Shown here piece by piece: positions 25,301-38,850 of a stretch of 64,000 nucleotides of DNA. The notes beneath the pieces were generated by a model. That model did no database searches. It saw only the letters and a program-made list of their open reading frames with translations, and was not told the origin of the DNA. The stretch lies in the NCBI GenBank assembly GCA_001244265.2, contig CDLV01000011.1, positions 62,001-126,000 on the forward strand, read 5' to 3'. Source of the DNA: Microbotryum violaceum. Its lineage: Eukaryota. Both the position numbers and the translations under genes were made by a program. Numbering within the stretch: position 1 is the first letter of the stretch; every line of letters begins with the position of its first letter.

Positions 25301-28300
25301 TTCACGTCTCGTGCTACGGCATCAACGGGCTCAATTTCCCTAACCTCAAAAAGTGGATCTGTGACCTGTGCGACATCGAGGAAGGGAAGAAAGAGTCGCT
25401 CAAAGTAGTGAGTGGATTGGAATTGTTCTCCCGTCTATCGGGAGCACCTCGCTGACCTCAGACGAAATCGCTTTGCCTCGCAGCGCCAACCGTTGTGCTT
25501 GCTCTGCCCGCCTCGCACCGTCCAAAAATCGAAAAGGTTCACCGCGCTCGATTGCATGAAGTTGACCGAGTTTGACAACCATATTCACTTGCTCTGTGCG
25601 GTATGGCACCCCGAGATTAAGTTAACTGTGCCCTCTGATCTTGGCGATGCCGAAGGGCTTTCCTTGATCCCTTCCAAGCGACGATTGGCTGTGAGTTGGC
25701 ACATGCTTAACTTGCATTACGGAGATAAGGATGCTGATGCCGTTGTGTTCTGGTCCTAAAGACGTGTGTTCTCTGCAAGAAGGATGCGGTCGGCGCGTGC
25801 GTCAAGTGCGCCCAGTGTCCGAAGATGTTTCACGTCTCGTGCGCTTGGATCAAGCCCGCCTACCGACTCGGTTTCGAAGTTCGCCCTATACGCAAGAAGA
25901 AGCCTAAAGAGACACCGACAGTCAAGTTCAAAGACGAGGAAGGTGAACTCGTTGCGGCCATCTGGTGCAACGAGCACTCTGGTGCGGCAGCGCCAGCTCA
26001 AGTCCTCCACGACATTTCGGCTCGAGACCCTGCAACGAACCTGACGGCAATGCAGATGCATGCACGCGCCTTCAAGTCCAGTCCCGATGATACCTACATG
26101 CTCTTGCGAAGGGCGCGAAGGCTCGATGCGCTCGTCGAACCGGTGCTCAATCCGCTTAAGCAGAACCTCCCTCGCGTTCCGCCTGGCACCTCTTGGAGTC
26201 GTGATTCGACGTTGTCTCGTACGTCGGTTCTATCAAAGAAGCGACGAACGCCAAGGAATATTCATGAACTGACGTTGCGCCCCTCGTTTACCTTACTGTC
26301 TCCAGCTCTACCGGAGTCGCCATCTCCCAAGAAACTCAGGTTGCACGAGGTGTCTGCTCGACTACTGGACCTCAAACGCAATCGCAGATCGTCTTCGTCT
26401 TCCGAAGAAGAGGCTCACCCCGAGACTCTCGAGCCACCAACGGCCAAGCGTGCGAAAGCAGCGTTCGCATCGGGTTCACCAGAAGCCTCCTCGAACGGCA
26501 GGGCGGCCTCCACCGGTGCGACGCCCGTGAGAGATCCGCCACACTGTGCCTTCATGGACATTGACGAGTCGTCCCAAAAAATCGAAGAAGAGTGGACCGG
26601 ATCGACGACTCCGACGGATTCCCCTCCGAGTTGGCGATTCTCCTTCGCGGGACTCATCGCGAGGTTGAACAAAGCGAGGCGCTTGTCAGGTCTGCCTATA
26701 CGAGCTCCCTCGCCACAGCCGAGTCCAACGCAAGCCACTAGCCCCTCACCCGCGCAAGTGTCGCCGAAATCGAAACGACCCATGTCTCCCTCGGCTTCTT
26801 CGTCTACCCCGAAGATCAAGGTCAAGCCTAGCGGCAGTGACTTCTCGTCGACGTCCGCTCTCGGTTTCGCTCCGCCGCTCCCGCCGCCGAACCGTGCCGG
26901 TAAACTCATACCAGGTCCCGCTTTGGTGGCGTCGTCCACCAAGAAGCGATCGGGGCCCGAGGTGGGTCCGAGCAACGGAGCGACTCGCTCATCCTCCAGC
27001 ACACCCGCGTCGAAGCCGAAATCGCAGTCTCGCAAGTCGACGTTCCGCATCGGGCCCTTGCCGGTGTCGAAGGAACGTCCAAGCAGCAAAGCGAAGGCCC
27101 CAGTGGAGCCGAAACTGCCGGCCCGCAAGTCGCAGTTTACTGTGACCCCCTCCTCGACCATCAAGCGACGGCAGGCCCGTGACAAACAAGCCGCTCAAGC
27201 CCAAACGGATACGACACCGTCTTCTGTTGTCGGTGGTCGAGCCTCTGGCTCTGGGTCTTCGTCCAGCGGTGCTCGTGCTGGCCCCGTCGCCGAGCCATCG
27301 CGGTCGTCCTTGCCGATTGCAAATCCAATTGCCAGCGTCGCCAATCCTCAGTTTGCAGCGCTTTCGGACCGAGCCACTCCAGCTTCGACAGCCGAGAATT
27401 CAGACGAGGCCGAAGACTCGGAGGACGCGGGAACGCGTCGATCGAAGCGCAAGCGAGTGATTTCCGAGGCAGCCCGCGACGCCATTGAGTTTGAGAAGGC
27501 GCTAGCAGAACTTGATCGAGACGATCCGGCTATCGATGTGACGTCGATGAACGGGTCACGACCTGCGGTGCATAGGTTATCGACTGGCGGTGCGACGCGT
27601 GGGGCGCGTGGGGCACATCGTAGAGGTCGCGGTCGTCACTCCGATGCGGCAGGAACCTCTCGTTCAGCTGCTGCGTCAAAGCAATCGCGAGGTGCAGATG
27701 ACACGGGCGCTGGTTCACCGAGGTGGCGCTCTGGAGTGGAAGACAAGAAGAACGTTGAAGTACAAGCCACGTCATCGACGCCCTCGACATCATCCGTCAC
27801 CTCGAAGACGTCAGGGATCGTTGTTCGGTTCTCAATCGGTGGCAAAAGAGTTGGAGATGCCGACACAATTTCGCCTCCTCATGTGGAGCCGAAGACGTCA
27901 GCAAACGCGAAGGTGAAGCCACCTCTCGGTGTGGACCAGCGCTTTGGAGACAGTGGTATGAGTTCATCGAGCGTCGGTGGACATGTGGCCCTCGTGTCGA
28001 ATGGCGTCACCGTGCCAGCAGCACCGATCTCGTCTTTACCTTTCGCCGCTGCAGCCCAGTCCAACGGCCACGCTGGACTATCATCGATTTCGGCCGAGAA
28101 CCCTGCTATGGTGCCCAAAAAACCGATCATTACGTGGAACAGAGCCCCTCTGGCTCAGCCATCGGACACCGATCGACAGGCCCTGACCACTTCCCTACCC
28201 GTGGCCGCTGCGGAGCCCCGCGCAACCCCTGCCGTCGCCCCAGCCGAGCCGTCGACGGTTCCTGTTGCGACCAAGTCTAACGGAGGATTCGCGCCGCCGC

Positions 28301-28506
28301 TTCAGAAGCCGTCAACTGCTGGACTTACGACGGCTTCTCCACCCGTCCGGCCAGAATTTCGGTTGGGCCCCGGACCCAATCAGGCGGCAGCTTCTTCCCT
28401 TCCAGGTCTTCCTAATTCCTCCGCTACAGCGCCCTTCCCAGCTTCTGACGCGTTTCCCGCTGAAGTCGCAGTAGTAAACCAAGATTTCATAACCTCAGCT
28501 GTGTAG
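22331..28506 (+). CDS. SNT2: Snt2-like chromatin protein (BAH, PHD, ELM2, SANT, further PHD/ePHD, long disordered C-terminus)
   Basis: EGEPYLVARILE..RVRVNYYLRSRDI (BAH); CARCAKVFHLGCVDPPLAQKPKAGWAWACAPC (PHD); TRLGHRYQIAIP (ELM2); PWTEADRKKLSDGV (SANT); CLNCGMTVHVSCYG..WICDLC; HLLCAVWHPE; FHVSCAW. The 3' end could include a further small exon. Confidence 0.88.
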
Positions 28507-29808
28507 ATTGTTGTAAAACGACCTGTTTCACTTGATGTCAGTGTTGACACCGTCTCTTGCTTAGCACGCCCCTTCGTAGATTCCAGCACCTTGAGGATGA
28601 GAACGTCGAGTTCATGACATTCGATTTTTCTTTAAAAAGAACGCCTCGGAGGTACTGCTGTATACTGGGAGGACTGCGAGCTAGCGCGTCGAGTAAAGTC
28701 CACCGAGGGTTGAGGTAGGTACGGTACCTAGTTATTCTGGAAGGATTAATCTTGCCTCCGGGGCACATTTCGACGATTCTAGATTTCGCCTACAGACCGT
28801 GCATCGTCTTGACGAGCACAGTAACTAGTGCGCCCGGGATGAAAATCGCAAACCGCTGTTCGGACCCCGCTTCTCGCAGACGTAACTGCTCAACATTTCC
28901 TGCAAATCAAACTCCCTAGGCGTGATCTGGGACTGGGATAAGCTCCACTCTAGCACGTGCAAGTTTTTTTGGTGTAGCTGTCTGAATCTGGAACTGGAAA
29001 GCTCGAGTGGATATCGGGCGCGTAGCGGCCGGCGTAACTCGAGGACGCTTTCATGTGGCTGTGCGCGGATCTGCGCGCAATGCCATCGGCATCCGACGAG
29101 TTCCGAACCGCCCGATCGCTCTTGTACGCGTGACGAATCACTGCACGACTTTGCTCCCGAATCACGAGCAGTCCCAACATCATCAAGAACTTGAAGATCC
29201 AGTATTCTTTCGTAGACGGAACTTCTTGCTCAAGCACGAGAGGAGAACAACTTCTGACTGTCAGGAATTTCTTGTTCCGGACGAGCCCCTCCTTGGCGTT
29301 TTGTTCGTCACCTGGCTGTTTTTGGACGGGCGCGTCCAGGAAAGGCGCCGCGCGCCGGGACAAAAACGGCCGACCGGCCGTAGGCGAGGCTGCGTCGCTG
29401 ACGCGCGGTCTTTATTCGCGGAACGCGACCGATTTTGGTCACATTTTGGCGGAATTTGGCCTCGCACTCTCGAAGGGTCTGCCTCGATAGACATGCTCCC
29501 GCTCTCTCTTCCCTTCTACTCAACTCACCCTTCGTCGTTCCTTACAGGATTCATGTGAGTCGCCACCCCCGCCTCAAGGTATCTTCCACCCCACTCGAGC
29601 ATGTCTGACCCCCGTTCTCTTCCGTCTTCTGCCCCTGCTCGATCGGCCTCCGCTTGCCTCCTGTTTTGCGTTTGATCCAACAAACCCGCATCCTTGGCAA
29701 TCCGCTTCGCGACGATCTCGATACTCCCTCCTCTCCACGCGTCCATCCTTGCCATCCGTCCGACCTGATTGCGTCGCCATGTGATCATTTTGTTCGCGTC
29801 GACACAGC

Positions 29809-31527
29809 ATGCTTTCCGTTCTCCCCATCGCGCTCCTCGCGGTCTCGACCCTCGTGTCGGCCGGTAACGTCGTCGTCAACCCCAACAAGCCCCCCGTCCG
29901 CACCGAGCCTGGACAGATTGGGTACGTTCCTCTTCCTCCTTTCGTGATCTTCTTTCATCTCCCTCCTCGGGGCTGTCGACGCAACATTCTGCGTGACGGG
30001 GCTACCTTGCTGGTGCAACACGTCGAAGCGACACGCGCCGCCAACGGGTGCAATGTGCCTAGCCCGCACGCGACAAGAGTCGCTTGCGCACACTTCGCGC
30101 CACTCGTCACCTGCTACTCTGGACCTCTTTTGTCTGCATGGGATCATTGTTATTTTTGGTGCTCGAGCCATGCTCGAGCTTTCCAACGAAGCACACTTAA
30201 GTGATACTCCCGTACCTCGGCGGCGGTGCAACGCGCTGCGGTTGACTGAACCCGACGCGCGTTCGCCCACGCGCGGGTCCTCTATTTCTGGCTCGGGCTC
30301 CGAAGACACGACACGACACATTTGTGCACGAGCATTCGCCTCGCTATCATCGCTACATGCATGTAATGGCGTGAGATTGCACGTACTGACCATGTCTCTC
30401 TCACTATATCCGTTAGATACAACGATTGCTACAGGAGGAAGGACTCTCCTTCGGCCAAGTGCCAAACTCGTGAGTCGCGGGTCGCTCCGCTCCGCTCGCA
30501 CCACAATCCCGCCGACCGTAACTGAGCCAAACTTTTTGCCGAGCCCAACAGTGTACATCAACTCGTTGACGGACTTCTGCCTGTGGGCTCCCCAAAAGAA
30601 GTCGTCGGTCGGTAACGCCGAGGCCACCGTTGTTTCGTACTGCACCGCCGCGGGTCACGGATCGCGTCTCATGCCCAAGGGTACAATCAAGGGTGCCCAC
30701 TACATCCGCACGCCCCACTACATCCAGATCACCGGTGTCGGAGATTTCACCAAGCTCAACATCCCCAAGGGTGACGACGTGAGTACCCGCATGCGATCTT
30801 AGATCTAAATGAAAGGGAGTGACAAGGACTAACAAAGCCCTTCTTTCACTCGCTCGCGCTCAGGGTGGAGAGCTCGACCCCCACGGCGCTGACGGTACCG
30901 GTAACCCCAAGGGTGGCATAGTCATTGCCAACGTCGACGGTCGCAAAGTTCAGATCCAGGAGTGGACCGAGTTCATCTCCTACAATGAGTTTTGCATCCG
31001 TGCTTGCCTGCCTGGCAAGGACGCCAAGCGCTGGTGCGAGCACATCTACGACGTCATGGGTTGCTTCTGGTCAGTATCTGAGTGTACTCTTACGGATCTA
31101 CGGGTCAAGTGGCTGACAAGTGCGCCTGTCATCCGCCGTCGTCTCGTGTGCAGGAACGAGCCCGGAAACTACAAGTCTGGCGCGTTCGACACTTGCGCCG
31201 CCGACGACACGATCCTTCCCATGGGCGAGTGTGAGTAGTCATCTTTTCGATGGCCCTGCTAAACCAGCGAGAATTACTTGGTATTGACCATCTATCATCG
31301 CTTGTGTCTGCAGACTACGTCAAGGGCAAGAACGGCAAAAAATCAGTTTCGACTTTTCGCCAGGGGCAAGCCAAGACCCCCGCCCCCCACCCGGCGGGCA
31401 AGTCGAGCAAGTGCAAGGCCATCAAGACCATCTCGCCCGCCAGCTATCGTACGTTCCCTTTCTCAACGAGCCACCTCACGCACAAATGCTGACCTTCTAC
31501 CTTTAACCTACCTCTACAGCCAAGTAA
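29809..31527 (+). CDS. Secreted Cys-containing protein of the basidiomycete MP88 / macrophage-activating-glycoprotein-like family
   Basis: Signal peptide MLSVLPIALLAVSTLVSA; EPGQIGYNDC, CQT, INSLTDFCLW, VSYCT..GHGSRL, GGELDPHGAD..GNPKGG, EWTEFI..NEFCIRAC, CEHIYDVMGC.WNEP. Final micro-exon 31520-31527 ends PK*. Confidence 0.78.
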
Positions 31528-32243
31528 ATCAGTCGCATATCGCGATGTGTTCCTGTTCATAACTAGCATTCGTTCGCTTTTCTTTTTTCCCGGTCGTCTC
31601 TTTCGTCCGACTCTTTTCCTTTTCACGTTTCCCACCTCCAACCTCCAACCTCAACCCACACGGACAATTTTCCTTCCCTCGTTTTCCAGAGATCATGGGA
31701 TTGCTTCGAATTCTCACCTTTTGAGTATTGAGCGGCTCTGTTGCGTTCGTCGCCGTGTATCACTTGCTACGAGGTCTGCGGCAAAATTTGGCCAGAACGA
31801 TCTCTTATGCTTCTTTGAGACGTTTTGTGTTTTGAGTTTGCTTGCTTTTGGCCCGTGCTGTAATAGGAAGGATGCGCGAGGTGATCTCTAGTCTTGCTTG
31901 GGATACGACTAGCTGCGCACATGCACTTGAACTTGATTGAGCAATTCGATGAGTGTGACATCCTGTGTAGCATGGTCTTGGGATCAACATCGACAGAACT
32001 CGTTTCGACTCTGGTTCCTGACCATGAGAGTGGGCACAAGTGTAGGTGCTGCGTTAGATCAGAAGGGCTTGATATCGAGCGGCTAATACATGATGATCCA
32101 AGTTGGTAATGCGCTTTTTAATAAGCTGACCCAGCGCGCGTCACCGCACTTTGCGCACTCGTCACTGCGTTACCCATCACTCGGCATCAGTCACCCCGAA
32201 CTCGATCTCGATCTGGGTCCCCCCCCCGACTCACGGGCGCAGC

Positions 32244-35200
32244 ATGTCGGGTTTCCGCGACGAAGATGACAACTTTGACGACCTCTTGACCCGCTCCGGT
32301 GGACTGGGAGGTGGCTCTACCCTGTTCACGACGGGTGGGTCCGGCGACGGCGACGAGGAGGACCTCAACTTGAACCCGTTCGCGGACTTGCCCTCGACGT
32401 CGCAGATGCTCGATCACTCCAACAGCACCTACCTCCCCCCTGCTGCACCTTCTGCGTTTTATCGCTCTCCTCCCATCTCGCCCGTCAGCGCTTCAGGTGG
32501 TCATTTCGGTGGATTCGGCTCGACGACGGCAGGTGCTGGCCCGAGTTCGTCCCAGCAGACACCTTCGTACGACATCAACACCGGCCACGACTACACCGGA
32601 GCCACACCGAGTCGATCGACCTTCACACGCGAGAACGCTCCCGAGCCCGAAACACCCTCCTACTCGAGGACGTACGATCCATCGCAGTACAACGACGAGC
32701 TCGTGCGGTCCACGACGACGACGATAGGGGCCACAGCGCTCTTTGGCGACAGCCAAGAAATCCAATACGACAATCTACGATTCACCAACTCAGCAGGTCC
32801 CCAGTCACCCTTTCAGTCGAGCTACTCGCCCCCTCCTCAGTCCGTGATGGTGCCCGTCGAGGAACAGACCCCTTTCGGCTCACCACCACCCTTGTCCCCC
32901 GTCCGTCTCCCCGTCTCGGTCTATGACGTCGACCCGACCGTCACCTCTCCCTTGTCCTCCTTTGCATCACCGGCGATGCAACGACCCCTCACGCGCAAAC
33001 CTGATCTTTCCTCCCTATTGGGCGAGGAGAAACCGATCCTCCCCTCCTTCAAGAAGAGTAACCCATCCGCCTCGAGCAAGCGAGTAGAAGGCGTTGCAGG
33101 TCCGTTGGGAAGCAAGATCGCCGTCCTACCCGTCAGTTCGATTGGTAGAAAAACCGTTCCGGGGGCATTGGCAACTTTGTTGGGGTTGGAAGTTGAGGAG
33201 GATGACGAAAAGGAGGTCAAGCCCAAGTTTGAGAAGAAGGGGACAGCAAGGAAACCTGCCGTTACCACCGCCGCGATAACACCTGTGGTACCACCGACGA
33301 CAACAGCGACCAAGACTGTAGAGGATAAGAAACCTGCTCAGACAATAGAGCCGACCGTGCAGCAAATAGACAAAGTTCCTTCGAACTCAGCTTCTCCGAC
33401 AAAGGATCCCACCGAGCCAGTGGCTGCTCCTGTTGAGCCCGAGCCCGCACCGATCCCTCCCGAATCTACAGAATCGATACCCCCTTTGTCGCCCACCATA
33501 TTGGAGACGAATCTCCCTGAATCTCGCCCGGGGACGCCTCAACAACCCCTTACCTCGACTGATCACGACTCGACCACGACCACGCCCAACGCACAGCCTT
33601 TGAAAGCGATCTCGCGCGTGACTTCCCAAGCCGCGTCGATGCGCTCCGTTATATCAAACAATGCTGATCACGAGGACGAAGAAGGTAGAACCAAGTACGA
33701 TTCGATTGTCAGTCCTATGTACACGGGTGATGTGAATGGATCGGAATCGAACGCGAACGATTGGCCAGCGAACAGGAGTGGTGGGGGGGTCGATAACCTC
33801 GAGGAGAGACTGGAAGCTTTGCGCGTGGAGACGGAAGAGACTCGGACGTCGGAAGACCGGAATGGAGCACCGACGGATACCAAGATGCAGGATGTAGATA
33901 CGGCGATGGATCCTGCTTTCGCGCAGTACATCTTTCAAGAAAGGCCTGTGGACTCGGAGGGCGAGGAGGAGGAGCAGGATCGAGGAGGGGCGTCGATCGG
34001 ACATACGTCCGGGGCGAGTGAGGAAGCGAATAGCGTTCGGGGGACGTATAGTAAGAGTGTGGTCACAGGTGATGAGGATGTGAATGGCTCAGAGACAGTG
34101 TCTGGAGTCGAGGTGAGTGGTATTTGGGTTATGCATGGCGTTGTGAAAACGTCTCGTCTGACGAGCTGGTCCTCGCATGGTTTTCACAGCTCATCTCGTC
34201 GCCACCGTTACCGCCAGTCCCCAAGCTGAGCTCGCCGACACGAAGTAACCACGCCGGCGGATCGTTAGGACCGTCATTCATCATTACTGTCGGTGATCCC
34301 CAAAAGATCGGCAACCCGCTTAACCCAGCGGCTCAGCACACCGTCTACACCGTTCGAACACGGGTAAATCGTTGCTCTACTCCATTCTCGTGATTACTGG
34401 GTAGTGTTTGCTGACAAAGGATTGTGGTCGTGTCGTATAGACTACCTCGAGCGCTTTCCGTAAATCCGACTTCTCCGTCCTGCGTCGCTTCAGCCACTTC
34501 TTGTGGCTCTACGACGCCTTGACGATCAACAACCCAGGTGTCATTGTTCCTGGCATGCCGGAGAAGAGCGCGATGGGTACGTTTGAACCCATGCTGTGGC
34601 AATATTCTTGTGCCGGAAACTGAACATTTGCGTTGAAAAGGCCGCTTTGGCTCCGAGTTCGTCGAAAACCGACGACAAGGATTGCAGGCTGCGCTCATGA
34701 AGATCGTAGCCCACCCGATGCTCGTAGGGGATCCTGATCTAAGGCTTTTTCTTGAGAGTGACTCGTTCTCGGTGGATGTACGTCGGGCGGTATTTTGAAT
34801 GCACACCACTATCCCTACTGATGAGCGTGAACTGGTTTCCAGATCAAACAACGCAAACTCGACGTGCCCTCTGAATCGAAGGGCTTCCTCGCCTCGCTTG
34901 GCTCTGCGATATCGGGACCTAGCTTTGTCGAGTTTGACGACTACTTTGACGACCGACGACACCAACTCGAGGCATTCGAAACCGCACTTCGTGCCCTTAT
35001 CACCTCACTTTCGAACGCGTCCAAAGTACGACATTCGGTGCAGAACAGTTTGGCCGAGCTGCAGACCTCTCTCGCAGGACTGGCCTCGTGCGACCTATCG
35101 AAATCGTTAAGGGGTGCGATCGACGAAGCCTCGCGCGTACAACAGAGACTCTTCGAGATTGGTGAACGTCATCTCGCTTCCGACGAACAAGTTGGAGCGT

Positions 35201-35858
35201 TGATTAACGTCGCCGAGATGTATGCACGGTTATGCGCGAGCGCTCGCGGCGTGTTTGGTGCGAGGATCAAGGCGTTCCATTCGTGGCAAGTGGCCGAGGC
35301 GGGATTGAAAAAGTCGAGGTCGGCGCACGAGAAGGCTAAGCGCAATGGAAGGGGGATGGATGCTAGTCTAGGTTTGGCCGTCGCTGAGGTCGCTGATGTG
35401 AGTCTTGCTTTCTTTTTCATTTCGCAATTGTTTTCCGCCTCTTGCTCCTCTCGTCGCCGGTCTCGATCCGTGCTTGTCTGCTCTCGGGCGAGGGAGATCA
35501 CGCATTGACTTCGCTCGAGAGCTGATCACCCCCTGGAAACCCCCTTCGTGTATGAGAATTTTGTGCATATCAGGACGGTTACTTACGCTTAACCATGGGC
35601 GACCAGGCGGAACGCAAAGCTCTAGATGCCAAACAAGACTTTGAGGACGTGTCTAAATTGACCAAAGCCGAGATGGCTCGGTTCGATAAGGAGAAGATTG
35701 ACGATTTCAAGAAGGCGATCGAGGCATATGCGGATGGGATGGCTGAGAGGCAGAGGGAGGTTGTGGTCGTTTGGCAGGAGTATTATGAGATGCTTCAGGG
35801 GATGGTGCAGCAGCAACAGGCGGGGTCGACCGGCGGGGCGGCAGTGGGGGAGCAGTAA
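32244..35858 (+). CDS. VPS5: Retromer sorting nexin Vps5 (PX + BAR)
   Basis: FIITVGDPQKIG..AQHTVYTVRTR, VLRRFSHFLWLYDAL..NNPGVIVPGMPEK, RFGSEFVENRRQGL, HPMLVGDPDLRLFLES; BAR C-terminus FEDVSKLTKAEMARFDKEKIDDFK. Confidence 0.92.
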
Positions 35859-36444
35859 GGTCGGGGTTGAGTAGAGGGCATGCTGAGGGTATGCTTTTGA
35901 AGCGCTGCGATTATTAGCTCCCTGTACATTACGAAGATCTAATCATATGACGATGACTGTGTGCAATGACCCTTCTTGGTGACTCAACACTAGGAGCACC
36001 TTGTCGGTGCATGTGAGTGGCCCCCACTTTTCGTTCGCCGAGATGCTTGGGCAATATCAAATGCGAATCTTCAGCCGCTTTCAGCGATTGCCGGGTGGCA
36101 AAGAGTGGCTCAGCATTCGAGGAGTGATTTTTTTTTTCCAGCTTTTCATCTTTCGGTATCGTTTCTACCCTGGGAAAACTTTGAATGCTGCCTTCTCGAG
36201 GGAAGGAAAACGTAAGCACATACAGTGGGCTCACTCGCGGAAGTTTGCCGGTGGCCGCGGAGAAAGCCGAGGGGTGTCGATCGCCCACCAGCGAATGGAG
36301 AGCAAGTGGTACGACTGTGAGGCACGGGAGGAAGCACGGCCGATTACTACGGCCGAAGCCCTGCGCGCGCTGGCTAAGATCTAACCCCATCTCAGGCCAA
36401 AACATCGCTCTGTCCTTTCTGCCACGCGACTACTCGGTGTTGTG

Positions 36445-38561
36445 ATGGCTTCAGAGCCAGTGAGGATAGCGGTGATTGGCTCAGGGTCAGTTTACTTGCT
36501 CCTTTCAGTGCAAGTCTGTGTAAGTCTGGTGCTGATATGCGCGACTTGCGGCGACTCGGCGCGCCATCATCGTCGATTTCGCACTGGCGTCACGTCGGAA
36601 CCCGCACACAGTTTAGCCGGTCTAGTCACGGCGTATTCACTACAAACACTGCAAGCCACACACCCGGATGGAACATCCCTTCAGCTTCATGTCGAGTTGT
36701 TCGAAAAGGTCAGCCAATCAGCACCAGCAACCGATACGATCCCTGGTCGGGCTTTCGCCGGGGTCCGAATCGTCTCCGCAGATTGCCCCCCCCCCCTCAC
36801 TCCCTCCTTCTGACGATCTCGACTCGCCCTATCTATGTCCGGTCCACGTCATCACAGAGTCATGCGTTGGGAATGGACAGCACGTCCATCTCGGTCAATT
36901 TTGCGGATGACACAACGCCGTTTCGGATTGATTCTCCAATGAGGTCCATCAATGGAGGTACGTCGTCAGCCTGCCCCTAATCAGGAGCGACGCTTCGGAC
37001 TAGATGCGCTCCTCGATTTGGCATTGGGACTCACATCGAGAAACTCTCGCCTTCGTGTAATAAGGCTCCCATAGCAGGGTGTTTCAACTCTACAAGCATT
37101 TGGACGTTGCCTTGCGAAGGGCAGATTTTTCCTACTCCTTCGCCCGACTGTCACGAAATGACGATACGCCCAGCATGGTAGCCGACGCACCACCACCCTA
37201 TGCGATCAAGGACATCAAGGACGAAAATCCAACACATAGGAACGTTTCGCCGCCAATAGAGTCCAAAAGAATGGAACGACCGCGGCATCAGACCCAATTC
37301 TTGTACGAGGGTTCGAACGGTCTCAAGTTCCCGCCGCTCGCCCTCCCCTCTCACATTGCACGAGGCCCATTAACAATACGGATAGCTTACCTCATCGACC
37401 TCGTCGGATTTGCGCTCAGCTACCTCTACCTCTTGGTGCTCGCTTTTGCCTACTCTTGGCTCGGTCTGACCTCCCGAACGTCACCGAGATCTCGGTTTCA
37501 GAATTGGTTACCCGTGGACCGGCTTGCTGCCGAATCGGTGGATGAATTTTGCCGGCGATATCGGATTGGAGATCGGATGAAAAATGAGGTGCTGGTACCG
37601 CTTTATGCGGCGGTCAGTACGGTGGGGAGGCAGCAGGCGCAGAATATGCCGGTTGCCGAGTGTCTCGGTGAGTATCCTTGTAAGGCTCCAGTATGCGAGT
37701 GTCGGTCTCTCTGACTCGAAACCTTCATTCGTTGTAGACTATATTGTTTCCACATTTGGATCGTCGCACTACGTTGCCGAAGCCGGAGTGCAGCAAGTCG
37801 TACGGAGATTGGTGGCGCCGATACCCCTTGGTCAAGTCCATCTCTCTTCGACCATCACATCCATCACGACCTCGCCCACAACCTCCCTGCATCAATTCAC
37901 CTTATTAGATGGTTCTCAACCGCGGCCGTTTCATCACGTCATTTTTGCTACTCAGGCGAATCAAGCCGCGGCTCTCTTGCGCACTTCTCCAGCACTCGCT
38001 CCTGTCCTTTCCGCACTAAGAAGCATCGGCTATGTGCGCACCCTGGTCGTGAACCACACGGACGCGTCGATCCTTCCAGAGTTGGAACAAGATCATCGCG
38101 ACTTGAACCTCGTCTCGTACGAGGCCCCCCGCACCGCGTTTTCTTTAAAAGCCGACCTCAATGACATCGGTACCTCGAACCGCTTAGGCCGAGGTTCGGT
38201 CCAAGCTACGCATATCGTCTCGAGAACCCATCCACGTTTATCCGATTCAAGGTTAGGTCGAGTTTTGTACCAAACGACGAACCCGATCGTCGAAATTGAC
38301 GAGAACAAGATCCTCTCTAAAGCATGGTTCGAACGAGCGGTCGTCACGAGGGAGTCCAAGAGGGTCTTACCGAAGTTCTTGCTGGACGCTTTGGGGAAGG
38401 AGGGGGAGAGTTTTCAAGGGAGGGAAAATATTTGGTTCGTCGGGAGTTGGTGTGCGGAGGGGATCCCACTTTTGGAAGGTTGTTTGACGAGCTCGGAGAG
38501 GGTCGTCAAGGAGTTGGTTAGGGGTTTGGGTGTGCAGGAGGAAGTGAAGTTGAAGTGGTGA
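36445..38561 (+). CDS. FAD/NAD(P)-binding oxidoreductase, amine-oxidase / COG2907-like
   Basis: Rossmann motif RIAVIGSG|LAGLVTAY..VELFEK; RIDSPMR; FHHVIFATQANQA; VVNHTD; YQTTNP; FQGRENIWFVGSWCAEGIPLLEGCLTS. Confidence 0.8.
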
Positions 38562-38850
38562 CTCAGGCAGTGGGGATCATATTGTATTAGGAAAAATCGG
38601 AGGTCTTATACCGTGTGCTCGGCTACGGAATACTATTAAATACGCAGTGCATTATGACAGTCCTTCTGTGAATTTCGGTTCAGATCGTTGACGTGGGCTC
38701 ACGCCGAGACCGGAGCAGATCTGAGCGGGAGCCAATCGAGCACCAATCGGTCGCACCGGAGCGCAGGCGGCCTTCGCTTCTTGGGCTTCCATCGTCATTC
38801 GCTGCTCCGACTTGCTCGCACTTTTTTCCACCAGACATCGATAAGCCAAT

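Noticed and set aside
3443-28506. NTO1 and SNT2 proximity as a chromatin gene cluster
   Set aside because: Separated by three unrelated genes; explainable by chance.
29007-29558. 183-aa ORF upstream of the secreted protein
   Set aside because: No protein-like motifs; overlaps the probable promoter.
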